This document shows positions 19,614 through 30,829 of a stretch of 64,000 nt of DNA, in pieces. The notes beneath the pieces were generated by a model. It worked only from the letters and a program-made list of their open reading frames with translations. It searched no databases and was not told the DNA's origin. Made by a program: the position numbers and the translations under genes. How positions within the stretch are numbered: position 1 is the stretch's first letter; each line of letters begins with the position of its first letter. The DNA comes from Verrucomicrobiales bacterium (GTDB lineage: Bacteria; Verrucomicrobiota; Verrucomicrobiia; Limisphaerales; UBA9464): positions 77,301 through 141,300 of the forward strand of contig JAIYBC010000055.1 of assembly GCA_027488845.1 (NCBI GenBank), given 5' to 3'.

Positions 19614-20471
19614 TCAGGCGGCGAGGGCTGCGGTCCGCCCGCGCGGCGACGGCGAGAAGTGGAGGAAGCTGTCGAGCAGCAGCTGGACGCCGAAGTTGTT
19701 CACGCCGGATCCGAAGAACACCGGGGTGAGCTTGCCGGCGAGGACCGCGGAATGGTCGAACTCCGCGCCCGCCATCTCGACCATCTCAATCTGCTCGCGG
19801 ACGGTCGCATAGGTCTGGTCGTCGAGCTTCGAGCGGACGAGGGGATCGTCGAGGCCGGTCACGTTCACCGGTGCGCGGTACATGCCGCCGACCACCCGTT
19901 CGAAGAGGTGCACCCGCTTTTCCGCCCGGTCGTAGATGCCGCGGAAGTCGGTGCCGCTGCCGAGGGGCCAGTTCATCGCGCAGGAGCGGATGCCCAGCAC
20001 GGCCTCGAGTTCGTCCATGAGCCGGATCGGATCCTGGGCGGGCCGGTCGAGCTTGTTCATGAAGGTGAAGATCGGGACGCCACGGCGGGCGCAGACCTCG
20101 AACAGCTTCCGCGTCTGCGATTCCACGCCCTTGCCGGCGTCGATCACCATGATCACCGAGTCCACCGCGGTCAGCACCCGGTAGGTGTCCTCGGAGAAGT
20201 CCTTGTGACCCGGGGTGTCGAGCAGGTTGATCCGGTAGCCGAGGTACTCGAACTGCAGCACGGTCGAACTGATCGAGATGCCGCGCTTCTTCTCCAGCTC
20301 CATCCAGTCGGAGGTGGTCGCACGCTGGTTCTTGCGGGCGGTCACCGATCCCGCGAGCTGCACCGCGCCGCCGTAGAGCAGGAGCTTCTCGGTCAGCGTG
20401 GTCTTGCCCGCGTCGGGATGGGAGATGATGGCAAACGTCCGCCGTCGCCGGATTTCTTCCTGCAAAGTCAC
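19614..20471 (-). pseudogene. prfC: truncated peptide chain release factor 3 (G domain only; C-terminal ~250 aa missing)
   Basis: The 285-aa ORF aligns from its first residues to RF3 (RRTFAIISHPDAGKTTLTEK; NLLDTPGHKDFSEDTYR; FMNKLDR; NNFGVQLLLD matching GNFGVDHMLDGLVEWAPAP). It then runs into ...SPSPRGRTAALAA-stop instead of domains II/III. No continuation exists in any frame on this strand through the 425-bp lower-GC spacer at 19190-19613. Confidence 0.6.
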
Positions 20472-20565
20472 GAGGCGGGCAGCCTAGTCCGGCCCACGGG
20501 GGAGGGGAATTCCCAAAAGGCCTTGGGTCGGGTCGGCGTGCGGCCAGCCTGGCGGGTACGGACCA

Positions 20566-21873
20566 TCAGCCGTTGTCCGGTCGCCCTTCGTTCCGCAGGT
20601 AGACGGTCTGGGTGGGGAAGGCGAACTCGAGACCGGCTTCGTCGAAGCGTTGTTTCACCTGGAGATTCAGATTCTCCAAGGCCTCGGTGAAGACCTTCCA
20701 GTCGGTTGTGCCCACCAGGAGAATCACCTCGATGTTCAGGCTGGAAGCGTCATACCGGTTGAAGGTGACGAAGACGTCCTTGGTCAATGGGTGCCCGCCG
20801 AAGATCCCGCGGAGCAGCGCGGTCGCGGACTTCATGCGGTCGGCGGTGGTGCCGTAGGTCAGCCCGTAGTTGAGGACCGTCCGGATGAACGGGCGGGCCG
20901 AAATGTTGATGACCGTGTTGTTGCCCACGGACTTGTTGGGGACGGTGATGAGGTGTCCGTCGAGGTTGCGGACCCGCGTGGCCCTCAGGCCCATCTCCTC
21001 GACCGTTCCGTCCACGCCGGCGAGCTGGATCCGGTCGCCGACCTTGAACGGCTTGTCGACGAAGACCGCGACGGTGCCGAAGAGGTTGGACACGGTGTCC
21101 TGCGCCGCGAGGCCGAGCGCGAGGCCGAGCACGGACACGGATCCGAGCAGGGCCGTGATGTTCACGCCCACGTTGCTCAGGAGCGTCAGCACCGCGACGG
21201 TGACGAGGACCGCCTTGGTCAGCTTGCCGACGAGCAGGAGGAACTGGTCGTTGAAGGCCTTGTCGCCGGACGGACGGGGCTGTTCCCGCCAGAAGCCGAT
21301 GACGAAGTCGATGACCCTGAGGCAGACCACGATCAGGGCGACGGCCAGTGCGATGAGGGCCAGCTTGGAGAGCGCCCCTTCCAGCCATTCGGGCCAGTCG
21401 AAGACCTGGAGCCCGATGTGGAAGAGCACGACGAAGGTCACCATCTTCACGGGGCCGTCCGCGAGGGCGACGAGCACGTCGTCCCAACGGGTCGGCGTCT
21501 TCTCGGCCCAGGCCTTGAGGCGGCCCTTGATCAGCCAGTCGAGGCACCGGGAGGCGTAGAAGGCGAGGAGGATGTAGATCAGCGACGCCAGGTATTCCCA
21601 CCTGGGAACCCCCATGAGCGGCGGCTGCAGGACCGAGACTCCGTCGAGTCCGAAGGACAGCTCGGAGCGGTGGGTCTCGATGAAGTCGCGGCTGACCAGC
21701 TGCTGGGCGAGTTCCGTGGCCTGGGTCGCGGCCCGGACGACGTTGGTGCCCGCGACCGGCGCGGCCGGTGCGTCGGCGGCGAGGGCTCCCGACCAGATGC
21801 ACCAGACCAGCAGCGAGGCGAACCCGGCGGTCCAGGCGAACAGGGCGTGTTGGGGACGAATGCGAAGTCTCAT
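20566..21873 (-). CDS. mechanosensitive ion channel protein, MscS family
   Basis: Signal/TM N-terminus, TM helices, and the MscS beta-domain motifs (VAVFVDKPFKVGDRIQLAGVDGTVEEMGLRATRVRNLDGHLITVPN). Confidence 0.85.
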   Translation of the reverse strand: MRLRIRPQHALFAWTAGFASLLVWCIWSGALAADAPAAPVAGTNVVRAATQATELAQQLVSRDFIETHRSELSFGLDGVSVLQPPLMGVPRWEYLASLIYILLAFYASRCLDWLIKGRLKAWAEKTPTRWDDVLVALADGPVKMVTFVVLFHIGLQVFDWPEWLEGALSKLALIALAVALIVVCLRVIDFVIGFWREQPRPSGDKAFNDQFLLLVGKLTKAVLVTVAVLTLLSNVGVNITALLGSVSVLGLALGLAAQDTVSNLFGTVAVFVDKPFKVGDRIQLAGVDGTVEEMGLRATRVRNLDGHLITVPNKSVGNNTVINISARPFIRTVLNYGLTYGTTADRMKSATALLRGIFGGHPLTKDVFVTFNRYDASSLNIEVILLVGTTDWKVFTEALENLNLQVKQRFDEAGLEFAFPTQTVYLRNEGRPDNG

Positions 21874-21947
21874 CGGCGGTCGGGGAATAAGTCAGGAAGG
21901 GCCGCGGGCGCAAGGGCTCGATGGCCGGAGGTGGTCCATCGAACAGC

Positions 21948-24900
21948 TCAATGGGCGGCCAGGGCCGCACCGTCCCATCCGCCTCCCAGCGCCTTCACCA
22001 ACTGCACGGTCGCGACGCGGCGTTGGCCTTGGATCCGCGCGCTCTCCCGTCGGACGGCCAGCGCGGTGCGGTCGGCGTCGATGACCTCCAGTTGGCTCGA
22101 GGCCCCCGCGTCGTGGCGTGCCCGGGCCAGTTCCACGGCACGTCCCGCGGCCTTGTCCGCGGCCTCGGCCGCGACGGCCTGGTCCTGGAGGGATTTCAGG
22201 CCGGACAGGTTCTCCTGCACCTCGGCGAAGGCGACGAGGACCTGTTGGCGGTAGGCGCTGACCGCCTCGTCGTAGCCGGCCCGCGCTCGGGCGAGGTCGC
22301 TCCGGTTCCGGCCGCCCTGGAAGAGCGGCAGCGTGAGGGTCGGTCCGATCGCCCACGTCCGGCTGTCCCACTTGAAGAGGGTGTCCATGTCGGCGCTCAG
22401 CACCCCACCCGAGCCGGTCAGGCGGAGGGAAGGGAAGAAGGACGCCTTGGCGATTCCGATGCGGCTGTTCGCCGCGGCAAGCCGCCGCTCGGCGCGGGCG
22501 ACGTCGGGGCGTCGCTCGAGCAGGTCCGAGGGCAGGCCTGCGGGAACGGCCGGAACCTCCGGGTGGTAGTGGCCCGTGTCCGCGATGTGGAATCCCGGCG
22601 CCGGCACGCCGACCAGGACCGCGATGGCGGTTTCCAGCGAAGCGCGCGAGCGGTCGAGTCCGGCCAATTCCACCTCCGCGGAGGCCCGTTCCGTCTCCGC
22701 CCGCGCCAGGTCGAGCTCCGTGGCGGAACCGGCGTCGAGCCGTGACCGGACGATGGCCAGGGCCTCGGTGCGCAGGCGGAGCGTGTCGCGGACGATCCCC
22801 CGCTGGTTGTCGGTGCTGCGCAGGGTGAAGTAGGTCTGGGCGAGTTCCGACTGCACGGAGAGCAGCACGTTGGCGAAGTCCGCCACCCCCGCCTGCGCCT
22901 CCGACCGGGCTCCCTCGAAGGAGCGGCGGACGCGTCCCCAGAGGTCGATCTCGTAGCTGAGGTCCACGGGCACGCGCAGGGTGTTGAACGACGGCGAGCC
23001 GAAGTTGGGGAACTGGTTCGGCGAAAGCCGTTCGCGCCGCCAGGAGGGATCGAAGCTCAACGCCGGGAAGAACTCGCTGCGGGCGAGCCGGGCGTAGGCG
23101 CGGGCCTGGTCGATGCGCGCCAGCGCCCCGAGGACCTGCTGGTTGTTGGTGTTGGCGGCCGCCATGAGGCGGTCCAGCTCGGCATCGGCGAACAGCGTCC
23201 ACCAGGCGCCCTTGGGCAGCGTGTCTTTCGGTTCGCCCGCCTTCCAGGAGCCCGTGTTCTCGAAGGCGGCTGGAACGGAGTTGGTCGGACGCCGGTAATC
23301 GGGTCCGACGGTGAGCGAGCCGGCCTCGGCGCGGTCGGGGAAACCGGCAAGCAGCAGGGCCAGGGTCGTCGCGGCGGCGACGGCCTTGGCAGCGGGACCG
23401 ACCGCTGCCGATTTGCGTTGGAGCCGGGCGGTCATCTTCATGATCACCACGTAGAAGACCGGCGTCAGGAAGAGCCCGAAGAAGGTCACGCCGATCATGC
23501 CGGCGAACACGGCCACGCCCATCGCCTGGCGCATCTCCGATCCGGCACCGGTGGAGACCACCAGCGGATAGACGCCGGCGATGAAGGCGATGGAGGTCAT
23601 CAGGATCGGGCGCAGGCGGAGCTTGCAGGCCTCGAGCGCGGCCTCGACCGGTCCGAGTCCCTCGTGCTGCTTCTCGCGGGCGAACTCGACGATCAGGATC
23701 GCGTTCTTGCAGGCGAGTCCCACGAGAACGATCAGGCCGATCTGGGTGAAGATGTTGTTGTCCGAACCCTTGAGCAGCACGCCGACCATGGCGCTGAGCA
23801 GGGTCATCGGGACGATGAGGATGATCGCCAGGGGAAGGCTGAGGCTTTCGTACTGCGCGGCGAGGACGAGGAACACGAGCAGGATGCAGAGCGGGAAGAT
23901 GTAGGCCGCGGTGTTGCCGGCGATCCGCTGCTGGTAGGTGAGCTCGGTCCATTCGTAGGCCATGCCCGGGGGCAGGGACTTGCGGACGAGGTCCTCGATG
24001 AACCGTTCGGCCTGGCCGGAGCTGTATCCCGGTGCCGGCGCGCCGTTGATCTCGGCGGCGGGGTAGCCGTTGTAGCGCATGACCCGGTCGGGACCGAACG
24101 AGTCGCGGACCTTCACCAGCGTGCCGAGCGGGACCATCCGGCCCTGTTCGTTGCGGACGCGCAGGCGGCTGATGTCGTCGGCTCCGTCGCGGAACGGGGC
24201 GTCCGCCTGGGCCACGACCTGGAAGGTGCGGCCGAAGCGGTTGAAGTCGTTCACGTACAGCGAGCCGAGGTAGATCTGCATCGTCTCGAACAGCGACCCG
24301 AGCGGCACGCCGAGCGACTTGGCCTTCACGCGGTCCACGTCGAGGTCGATCTGGGGGACGTTGATCTGGTAGGTGGAATAGACGCCCTGGAGGACGTTGG
24401 TCTGGTAGGCTTGGCCGATGGCGCCCCAGGTCGCTCCGAAGAGCGCCTCGGGTCCGAGGTTGGCGCGGTCCTCGACGAACAGCTTGAAGCCGCCGCCGGT
24501 GCTGAGGCCGTTCACGGCCGGCGCGCCGATCACGATCATCCGCGCCTCCTGGATCTCGGCGAGGGCCTGGTAGAGCTTGCCGATGATGGCGTCGGCGCTC
24601 TTGTCGGGCGTCGTGCGCTTCTCGAAGTCCTCGAGCGTGATGAACGCGATGCCGGAGTTGGGGCTGGCGGTGAAGCCGTTGGGCGAGAGGCCTGGGAAGG
24701 CCACCGAGGCGGCCACGCCGGGAACCTTCAGCGCGAGGTCGCTCATGCGGCGGATCACGGCGTCGGTGCGGTCGAGCGACGCGGCGTCGGGCAGCTGGGC
24801 CACGCAGATGAGGAACTGCTTGTCCTGGTTCGGTATGAAGCCCGCGGGAACCGCCTGGAAGACGCGTCCGGTGAGGACGACGAGACCGGCGTAGACGAAG

Positions 24901-26549
24901 AGGGCCACGGCGCTGACGCGGATGACGCGGGCGACGGCGGCCGAATAGCGGCGCGAGGCCCAGTCGAAGAAGCGGTTGAACGGACGGAAGAACCAGCCGA
25001 ACACGGCGTCGAGCACGCGCGTGGGGGCGTCCTTCGGGGCGTGGTGGTCGCGGAGCAGCAGCGCGGACAGCGCGGGGGAGAGCGTCAGGGAGTTGAAGGC
25101 CGAGATCACCGTCGAGATGGCGATGGTGATGGCGAACTGCTTGTAGAACATGCCGCTGAGGCCGGAGATGAAGGCGGTCGGGATGAACACCGCGCAGAGC
25201 ACCAGGGCCGTCGCCACGATCGGACCGGTCACCTCGTTCATCGCCTTCCGCGTGGCGTCCACGGGCGAGAGGCCGAGGGCGATGTTCCGCTCGACGTTCT
25301 CCACCACCACGATGGCGTCGTCGACGACGATGCCGATGGCCAGCACCAGGCCGAAGAGCGAGAGCGCGTTGATCGTGAACCCGAGCCACGCCATCACCGC
25401 GAAGGTGCCGACCAGCGAGACCGGCACCGCCGCCAGCGGGATGATCGAGGCGCGCCAGGTCTGGAGGAACACCAGCACCACGACCACCACCAGGGCGATC
25501 GCCTCGAACAGCGTGTGGATCACGGCGTCGATGGACTTGTCCACGAAGACCGTCGGATCGTAGACGACGGCGTAGTCCAGTCCGGCCGGGAAGTTGCGCT
25601 TGAGCGTCTCCATGGCCTCGCGGACGTCGCGGGAGAGCTTGAGGGCGTTGCTGCCGGGCTGCTGGAAGACGGGGATGGCGACGGCGGACCTGTTGTTGAG
25701 CAGCGAGCGCAGGGCGAACTCGCCGGCGCCGAGCTCGATGCGGGCGACGTCGCGCAGCTGCACGGTTTCGCCGTGGGCACCGCGCTTCACGATGATGTCG
25801 CCGAACTCGGCCTCGGTCACGAGGCGGCCCCGGGTGTTGATCTGGAGTTCGAACGCGGCCGGGGAGGACACCGGCTGCTGGCCGATGGCGCCGGCGGCGA
25901 CCTGCACGTTCTGTTCGCGGATCGCGTTCACCACGTCGCCCGGCGTGAGCCCCTTGGAGGCGACCTTGTCGGGATCGAGCCACACCCGCATGGCGTAGTC
26001 GCCCGATCCGAAGATCTGCACCTGGCCGACGCCGTCGACGCGGGCCAGGACGTCCTTCACCTGGAGCGTGGCGTAGTTGCGGATGAAGATGTCGTCGTAG
26101 GAGGCGTCGGGGGAGAACAGGTGCACCACCATGGTGAGGTCCGGCGTGGACTTGATGGTGAGCACGCCGAGGCGGCGGACCTCCTCGGGCAGCTTCGGCA
26201 AGGCCTGGGAGACGCGGTTTTGGACCAGCACCTGGGCCTGGTCGATGTCGGTGCCGAGCTTGAAGGTCACCGTGAGCGTCATCACGCCGTCGCTGGTGGC
26301 CTGGGAGAAGGTGTAGAGCGAGTTCTCGACGCCGTTGAGCTGCTGTTCCAGCGGGACGGCGACGGTCTCGGAGATGGTCTTCGGATTGGCGCCGGGATAG
26401 ACGGCGCGGACGACGATCTGGGGCGGGACCACCTCGGGGTACTCGCTGATCGGCAGCCGGTACATCGAGATGAGGCCGACGATGAAGATCAGGATCGAGA
26501 GGACCCCGGCGAAGATGGGTCTCTTGATGAAGAAGTGGGAGAAGTTCAT
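21948..26549 (-). CDS. HAE1-family multidrug RND pump (AcrB-like) continuous in-frame with a NodT/OprM-family outer membrane factor
   Basis: A single stop-free 1533-aa frame. Residues about 1-1040 are a complete AcrB-like pump, starting [18 protein letters not shown] and ending at TM12 (...[18 protein letters not shown]). There is no stop, and the frame continues into [41 protein letters not shown] followed by a full outer-membrane-factor body with both repeat halves. Confidence 0.7.
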   Translation of the reverse strand: MNFSHFFIKRPIFAGVLSILIFIVGLISMYRLPISEYPEVVPPQIVVRAVYPGANPKTISETVAVPLEQQLNGVENSLYTFSQATSDGVMTLTVTFKLGTDIDQAQVLVQNRVSQALPKLPEEVRRLGVLTIKSTPDLTMVVHLFSPDASYDDIFIRNYATLQVKDVLARVDGVGQVQIFGSGDYAMRVWLDPDKVASKGLTPGDVVNAIREQNVQVAAGAIGQQPVSSPAAFELQINTRGRLVTEAEFGDIIVKRGAHGETVQLRDVARIELGAGEFALRSLLNNRSAVAIPVFQQPGSNALKLSRDVREAMETLKRNFPAGLDYAVVYDPTVFVDKSIDAVIHTLFEAIALVVVVVLVFLQTWRASIIPLAAVPVSLVGTFAVMAWLGFTINALSLFGLVLAIGIVVDDAIVVVENVERNIALGLSPVDATRKAMNEVTGPIVATALVLCAVFIPTAFISGLSGMFYKQFAITIAISTVISAFNSLTLSPALSALLLRDHHAPKDAPTRVLDAVFGWFFRPFNRFFDWASRRYSAAVARVIRVSAVALFVYAGLVVLTGRVFQAVPAGFIPNQDKQFLICVAQLPDAASLDRTDAVIRRMSDLALKVPGVAASVAFPGLSPNGFTASPNSGIAFITLEDFEKRTTPDKSADAIIGKLYQALAEIQEARMIVIGAPAVNGLSTGGGFKLFVEDRANLGPEALFGATWGAIGQAYQTNVLQGVYSTYQINVPQIDLDVDRVKAKSLGVPLGSLFETMQIYLGSLYVNDFNRFGRTFQVVAQADAPFRDGADDISRLRVRNEQGRMVPLGTLVKVRDSFGPDRVMRYNGYPAAEINGAPAPGYSSGQAERFIEDLVRKSLPPGMAYEWTELTYQQRIAGNTAAYIFPLCILLVFLVLAAQYESLSLPLAIILIVPMTLLSAMVGVLLKGSDNNIFTQIGLIVLVGLACKNAILIVEFAREKQHEGLGPVEAALEACKLRLRPILMTSIAFIAGVYPLVVSTGAGSEMRQAMGVAVFAGMIGVTFFGLFLTPVFYVVIMKMTARLQRKSAAVGPAAKAVAAATTLALLLAGFPDRAEAGSLTVGPDYRRPTNSVPAAFENTGSWKAGEPKDTLPKGAWWTLFADAELDRLMAAANTNNQQVLGALARIDQARAYARLARSEFFPALSFDPSWRRERLSPNQFPNFGSPSFNTLRVPVDLSYEIDLWGRVRRSFEGARSEAQAGVADFANVLLSVQSELAQTYFTLRSTDNQRGIVRDTLRLRTEALAIVRSRLDAGSATELDLARAETERASAEVELAGLDRSRASLETAIAVLVGVPAPGFHIADTGHYHPEVPAVPAGLPSDLLERRPDVARAERRLAAANSRIGIAKASFFPSLRLTGSGGVLSADMDTLFKWDSRTWAIGPTLTLPLFQGGRNRSDLARARAGYDEAVSAYRQQVLVAFAEVQENLSGLKSLQDQAVAAEAADKAAGRAVELARARHDAGASSQLEVIDADRTALAVRRESARIQGQRRVATVQLVKALGGGWDGAALAAH

Positions 26550-26576
26550 GGGGGACCGGGGCGGGACGGCCTGGGA

Positions 26577-27752
26577 TCAGCGGGCGGGGGAATTGGTGGC
26601 CTGGACCGGGGCGACCGGTTGGCCCGGGAACTGGATGCGGAGCTGGCCGTTCACCACCACCCGGTCGGTCGGGGTGAGCCCGGAGGCGACGAGGCGCTTG
26701 CCGCCGGAGAGCGGGCCGGTCGTGACGAACTTCTTCTCCACCGTGTTGGAGGCCGAGACGGTGTAGAGGAACTTGCGGCTCTGTTCGGTTCCCAGGACGT
26801 CGTCGGGAACGAACAGCGCGGTGGTCTTCGGTCCGGAGGGAAGGCTGACGCGGGCGAACAGGCCGGGGACGAAACGCTGGTCCGGATTCGCCAGCACGGC
26901 GCGCAGCACGAGGCTTCCGGTCGAGGGATCCAGTCGGTTGTCGAGCGACTCCACCGTGCCCACGTGGGGATATCCGGTCTCGTCGGCCAGACCGACCCCG
27001 ACCTCGATCCGCCCCTTGGCGTCGACGGGCAGGACGCCGTCGCGCCGGAAACGGTTCAGGCGGAGCAACACCGACTCGTCAAGGTCGGCGTACACGTACA
27101 CCGGGTCGACCGAGACCACGGTGGTCAACAGGGTGGTGGCGCCGTCCACGCCGGAGACGTTGTTTCCGGGCGTGACCAGCGCGCGGCTGACGCGACCGTC
27201 GATCGGAGACCGGATCTCGGCGTACTCGACGTTGAGCCGGGCCGTCACCAGCGCGGCCTCGGCCACGGCGACGGAGGCCTTCGCCTCGGACAGGCGCGTG
27301 CGACGCTGGTCGGCCTCCTCCACGGAGATGGCCTTGGTCTTCAGCATCTGCTCGGCGCGCGCGGCATCGCGGTCCGCCTGCGCGGCCCGGGTCTTCGCCG
27401 ACTCCAGGTCGGCCTCGGCGCGTTGGAGGGCCGCCTGGAAGGGGCGCGGATCGATCACGAACAGGACGTCCCCCTTGCGAACCGTCTGACCGGCTTGGAA
27501 CCGCACCTCGGCGAGGAAGCCTGAGACGCGCGCCCGGATCTCCACCGAGTCCACGGCGTCGATTCGGCCCGTGAGGGTCTCGGTCGGGATGTACTCCCGT
27601 GATTCCGGGGCCGCGACCGTGACCGTGGCCGGAGGTGCTGCGGTGGGGGCCGATGCGGCCCCGGCGCCTTCCTTCGAACAACCGGCAAGCCCGATCAGGG
27701 CGGCGGTGATGGCGGTGGTGAACGGGGTTGGCAGGGGCTTGGGACGGTTCAC
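26577..27752 (-). CDS. efflux RND periplasmic adaptor subunit (AcrA-like lipoprotein)
   Basis: Lipobox LIGLAGCS, followed by coiled-coil, lipoyl and beta-barrel segments typical of membrane fusion proteins. It lies 27 nt upstream of the pump. Confidence 0.85.
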   Translation of the reverse strand: MNRPKPLPTPFTTAITAALIGLAGCSKEGAGAASAPTAAPPATVTVAAPESREYIPTETLTGRIDAVDSVEIRARVSGFLAEVRFQAGQTVRKGDVLFVIDPRPFQAALQRAEADLESAKTRAAQADRDAARAEQMLKTKAISVEEADQRRTRLSEAKASVAVAEAALVTARLNVEYAEIRSPIDGRVSRALVTPGNNVSGVDGATTLLTTVVSVDPVYVYADLDESVLLRLNRFRRDGVLPVDAKGRIEVGVGLADETGYPHVGTVESLDNRLDPSTGSLVLRAVLANPDQRFVPGLFARVSLPSGPKTTALFVPDDVLGTEQSRKFLYTVSASNTVEKKFVTTGPLSGGKRLVASGLTPTDRVVVNGQLRIQFPGQPVAPVQATNSPAR

Positions 27753-28166
27753 GGCGGAAATGATGGAAAGGGTTTCGTGAAAGGGGGCTTCAGGCGGCGA
27801 AGGCGGAGGAATCCGCCCCCAACAGTCGTTGTTGTCGCAGATGCCAACGGCGCAGGCGCAGCAGCGTCTCCTCGAACAGGGACGGGAAGACCAACTCCGG
27901 CACCTCGGTGCTCCAGGCGAGGGCTTCCGCCTCGGCCCGTGCGTGCCGCACCAGATCCTCGGGCAGCCCCGACCTCAGGGCGGGATCGCCCAAGGGGTGC
28001 AGCGCAAACGCCCTCGGACGACGCGATGACGGCACTTTCGGAAGGGAACGGAACGGGACCATGGACTGCAGGAGATTCGAGGTGGAGAACGTTGTTAACT
28101 GACTGGTCAACATCCTATCACCCAAATTTGCTCCCGCAAGGGGGCGTTGGGTGAAAAGTTCGCAGC

Positions 28167-28772
28167 CTATCGGGACGGTGGAAGGATTCCGCCGAGGCGA
28201 CGAACGGATTCCTCAAGTGGATCGAGGACCGCCAGATCGTTGCGGATGCGGGCCTGCTGCAGCATGCCGATGGTCAGTGCCTGAAGGCTGGAGGCGACCT
28301 GATGCGGGTCACCCTGCGCGGCCAATCCCGACGATTGGGCCTCCCGGACGGTGGATTCCAGGTAACGGAGGTCGCGCTGGAAGATGTCCTCGCAGACATG
28401 GCGTAGCCTCTCATCGATTCCAGCCATCTCCGTTCCGATGCTGGAAATCGGGCAACCACATATCCTTCCGTACTTTGCGGCGATTTCCTGTTGGTGTTTC
28501 CGGATCAGGCCGCACCAGTCCATGAGGCGCTGGACGGGAGTGCTTTGGAGGGAAAAGACCGCGTCGTACTGGAGCTTCCATTCCTGCCATCCCGCCTCGT
28601 AGGCGGCGACCGCCAACTCGGACTTCGACGGGAAGAAGTGGTAGAAGCTGCCCTTGTTGACGCCGGCCCGTTCGCAGATCTGGTCCACGCTGACGCCCTC
28701 GAAGCTTTGGGTCCAAATGAGGTCCAATGCGGCGTCGAGCAGACGTTGTCGGGAATCGCTGGGGCGGGCCAT
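28167..28772 (-). CDS. TetR/AcrR family transcriptional regulator
   Basis: N-terminal helix-turn-helix (FEGVSVDQICERAGVNKGSFYHFFPSKSEL) and a C-terminal ligand domain. It is upstream of, and co-oriented with, the adaptor and pump. Confidence 0.85.
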   Translation of the reverse strand: MARPSDSRQRLLDAALDLIWTQSFEGVSVDQICERAGVNKGSFYHFFPSKSELAVAAYEAGWQEWKLQYDAVFSLQSTPVQRLMDWCGLIRKHQQEIAAKYGRICGCPISSIGTEMAGIDERLRHVCEDIFQRDLRYLESTVREAQSSGLAAQGDPHQVASSLQALTIGMLQQARIRNDLAVLDPLEESVRRLGGILPPSR

Positions 28773-28810
28773 GGTGAGGAGGAACGGAGAAACAGATGCC
28801 TCGAATATAC

Positions 28811-28820
28811 TGACCGGTCA
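28811..28820. promoter_or_regulatory. perfect 10-bp palindrome TGACCGGTCA, candidate TetR operator
   Basis: Lies 39 nt upstream of the TetR start. A near-copy, TGACTGGTCA, is at 28099-28108 in the tetR-to-adaptor spacer. Confidence 0.4.
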
Positions 28821-29080
28821 AATCATTTGCCTCGAAGGGACAAGGCTGAGGGGACGGAGACGAATTGGCGAACTACTCGGTTGTTCACCCGACAGCCGCA
28901 GAAGGGATCGGAACTCAAAGCCCGAATGCCGCGATGTGTTCGGCGATGGGAATCCCTCGCCGGCCATTGGTAGCCATTTCAGCCCCGGATCCAGCCCCTC
29001 CGGCGTCTTCGCGGATTTTCCTGAGGTCGGTCCTCTCCCACACCCAATTGATCCGGCCGGGACCTTGCTCCGCGGGTGGG

Positions 29081-30424
29081 CTATCTTCCCTGCCGGATGC
29101 GGATCCGGCGGTACTCCATCTGGCCCATGTCGCCCTCGAGTCCGATCGGACCGGTGGCGGGCACCTTGAAGGCGGCCTCGATCACCTCGCCGTTGCAGGT
29201 GCAGCGGGCAGTGCCTCCGGTCACGACGACTTCCAGGTCGTTCCAATCCTGGGCGCGGTAGTTCTTCAGGTCCTTGTAGGGACCGGCAATCGGGTAGTCG
29301 CGGCACTGCAGCTGGGGTCCACGCAGGAACACGCCGCTGTCCGCGTTCGGTGTCGCCCGGAACTGGAGCCGCAGCGTGAAGTCGCCGGTGAACTCGCGGG
29401 TCGTCCACATCTGCTGGATGCGTCGGGTCTCCGGCGGTTGGGTGACGATGATCCTTCCATGACGCGCCACGTAGCGGTGGTCCGGGCTCTTGGTCAGGCC
29501 GTCGAAGGCCTGCGCGCGGGTCACGATCGGCCAGTCCGGGGCGTTCGGATCGTTCTTCTTCCAGTTGGCGGCGCCCTGGATGTCGGCTTCCGGCGTCACC
29601 CGGACGCCCCAGCCGGTCAGGTCCCGGCCGTTGAAGAGGCTCTCGAATCCGGCCTCGGGCGTGAACGCTTCCGGCTCCCGTTCCAGGAAGCCCAAGGTGC
29701 CCAGCACCGGGCGGAGCGCGGCGGCCCACTTCGCGTAGCCGACGGCGTTCGGATGGAGCAGGTCGGGGAACTCCGACGCCTTGGCGTCACCCTTGGCGTC
29801 CGCGAAGAGCGGCCACGTCTCCAGGAGGAAGGTGTTCCGGTCGCCCTTCTTGATCTCGGCGTACAGGCGGTTGATCTCGCGGATCTTGTCGGCCGGACGC
29901 CGCACCGTCGCGGACGCGGGGAACACCTGGCACAGCACCACCGGCACGAAGGGATCCTGTTCGCGGAGCCGCTGCAGGATCAGGCGCACGTTGGCGGCGA
30001 TGACCGCGGGGTCGGCTCCCTCTTCGAGGTCGTTGGTGCCGATGAGCAGGACCACGGCGGCGGGCCGGAGCGCCAGCACGTCCTCCTTCATGCGGACGAG
30101 GATGCCGCGGGTGGTGTCTCCGCTGATGCCGCGGTTGGCGACCTTCAGTCCGGGGAACGCGCCGCCCAGGTCGTCGCCCCAGCCTTGGGTGATGGAATCG
30201 CCCAGGAAGACCACCGCATGCCGGTCCTTTTCCGCGCGGGTCGCCCAGGTGCTCCTCTTTTCCAACCACAGGTTCCGGAACCAGTCGTAGCGCCGGATCG
30301 GGCCTGCGCCGGGAAGACCCTCGTCCGTCGCCGGAATGGCGAGCTGGGAATCGGCTCCGTGGGCGAGGGGAAGGAGGCCCGAGAGCAGCAGCGGAAGGAG
30401 GCGGCGGAGGCGGGGCGCATTCAT
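29081..30424 (-). CDS. secreted SGNH/GDSL hydrolase fused to a C-terminal DUF1080 (3-keto-disaccharide-hydrolase-like jellyroll) domain
   Basis: Start at MNAPRLRRLLPLLLSGLLPLAHG (signal peptide); the listed ORF extends 92 codons further upstream, but that part looks non-genic. The GDSL block is AVVFLGDSITQGWG, followed by GTND and DLLHPN, and a C-terminal FNGRDLTGWGV...MEYRRIRIR domain. Confidence 0.75.
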   Translation of the reverse strand: MNAPRLRRLLPLLLSGLLPLAHGADSQLAIPATDEGLPGAGPIRRYDWFRNLWLEKRSTWATRAEKDRHAVVFLGDSITQGWGDDLGGAFPGLKVANRGISGDTTRGILVRMKEDVLALRPAAVVLLIGTNDLEEGADPAVIAANVRLILQRLREQDPFVPVVLCQVFPASATVRRPADKIREINRLYAEIKKGDRNTFLLETWPLFADAKGDAKASEFPDLLHPNAVGYAKWAAALRPVLGTLGFLEREPEAFTPEAGFESLFNGRDLTGWGVRVTPEADIQGAANWKKNDPNAPDWPIVTRAQAFDGLTKSPDHRYVARHGRIIVTQPPETRRIQQMWTTREFTGDFTLRLQFRATPNADSGVFLRGPQLQCRDYPIAGPYKDLKNYRAQDWNDLEVVVTGGTARCTCNGEVIEAAFKVPATGPIGLEGDMGQMEYRRIRIRQGR

Positions 30425-30829
30425 GGGATCGGCTTGGGATCCTGTGGACCGACGGCGCCACGGCCAAGCGAGGAATGGGTGGAATTCCGCGGAAACCGGG
30501 CGTCCTCGGCGATGTTGACACCGCGGGGCCGGGGTGACACTTGTCGGCGGTCGGTAGCAGCCTAAGTCATCCGCCTTCCTGCGGAGTGACGCGGGGGAAC
30601 CAACTTCCGCGGAGCGATCCGCGGACGGGGCGAACGGCACCGGGCAACCGGGGCCAAGGTCACTTCCAAGACCAAGCCCGTCAGCTAACCCCGTCGGCAA
30701 CTGGAAGGGCGAACCTCTAGCCCCGCCGCGTGGCGGGGATCCACGTTCACCCCGTTAGAAACCGCATGGCGGCCTCGTGCCGTCGTGCCCCGGTCCGACG
30801 CGCCCCGGCGTGGCGGACCTCTGACTGCC

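Noticed and set aside
21892-27524. 1363-aa minus-strand ORF (21892-25983) and 1368-aa plus-strand ORF (23418-27524) overlapping the pump/OMF ORF
   Set aside because: They are alternative frames of the RND pump and OMF region. The pump frame has unmistakable AcrB and OMF motifs; these do not.
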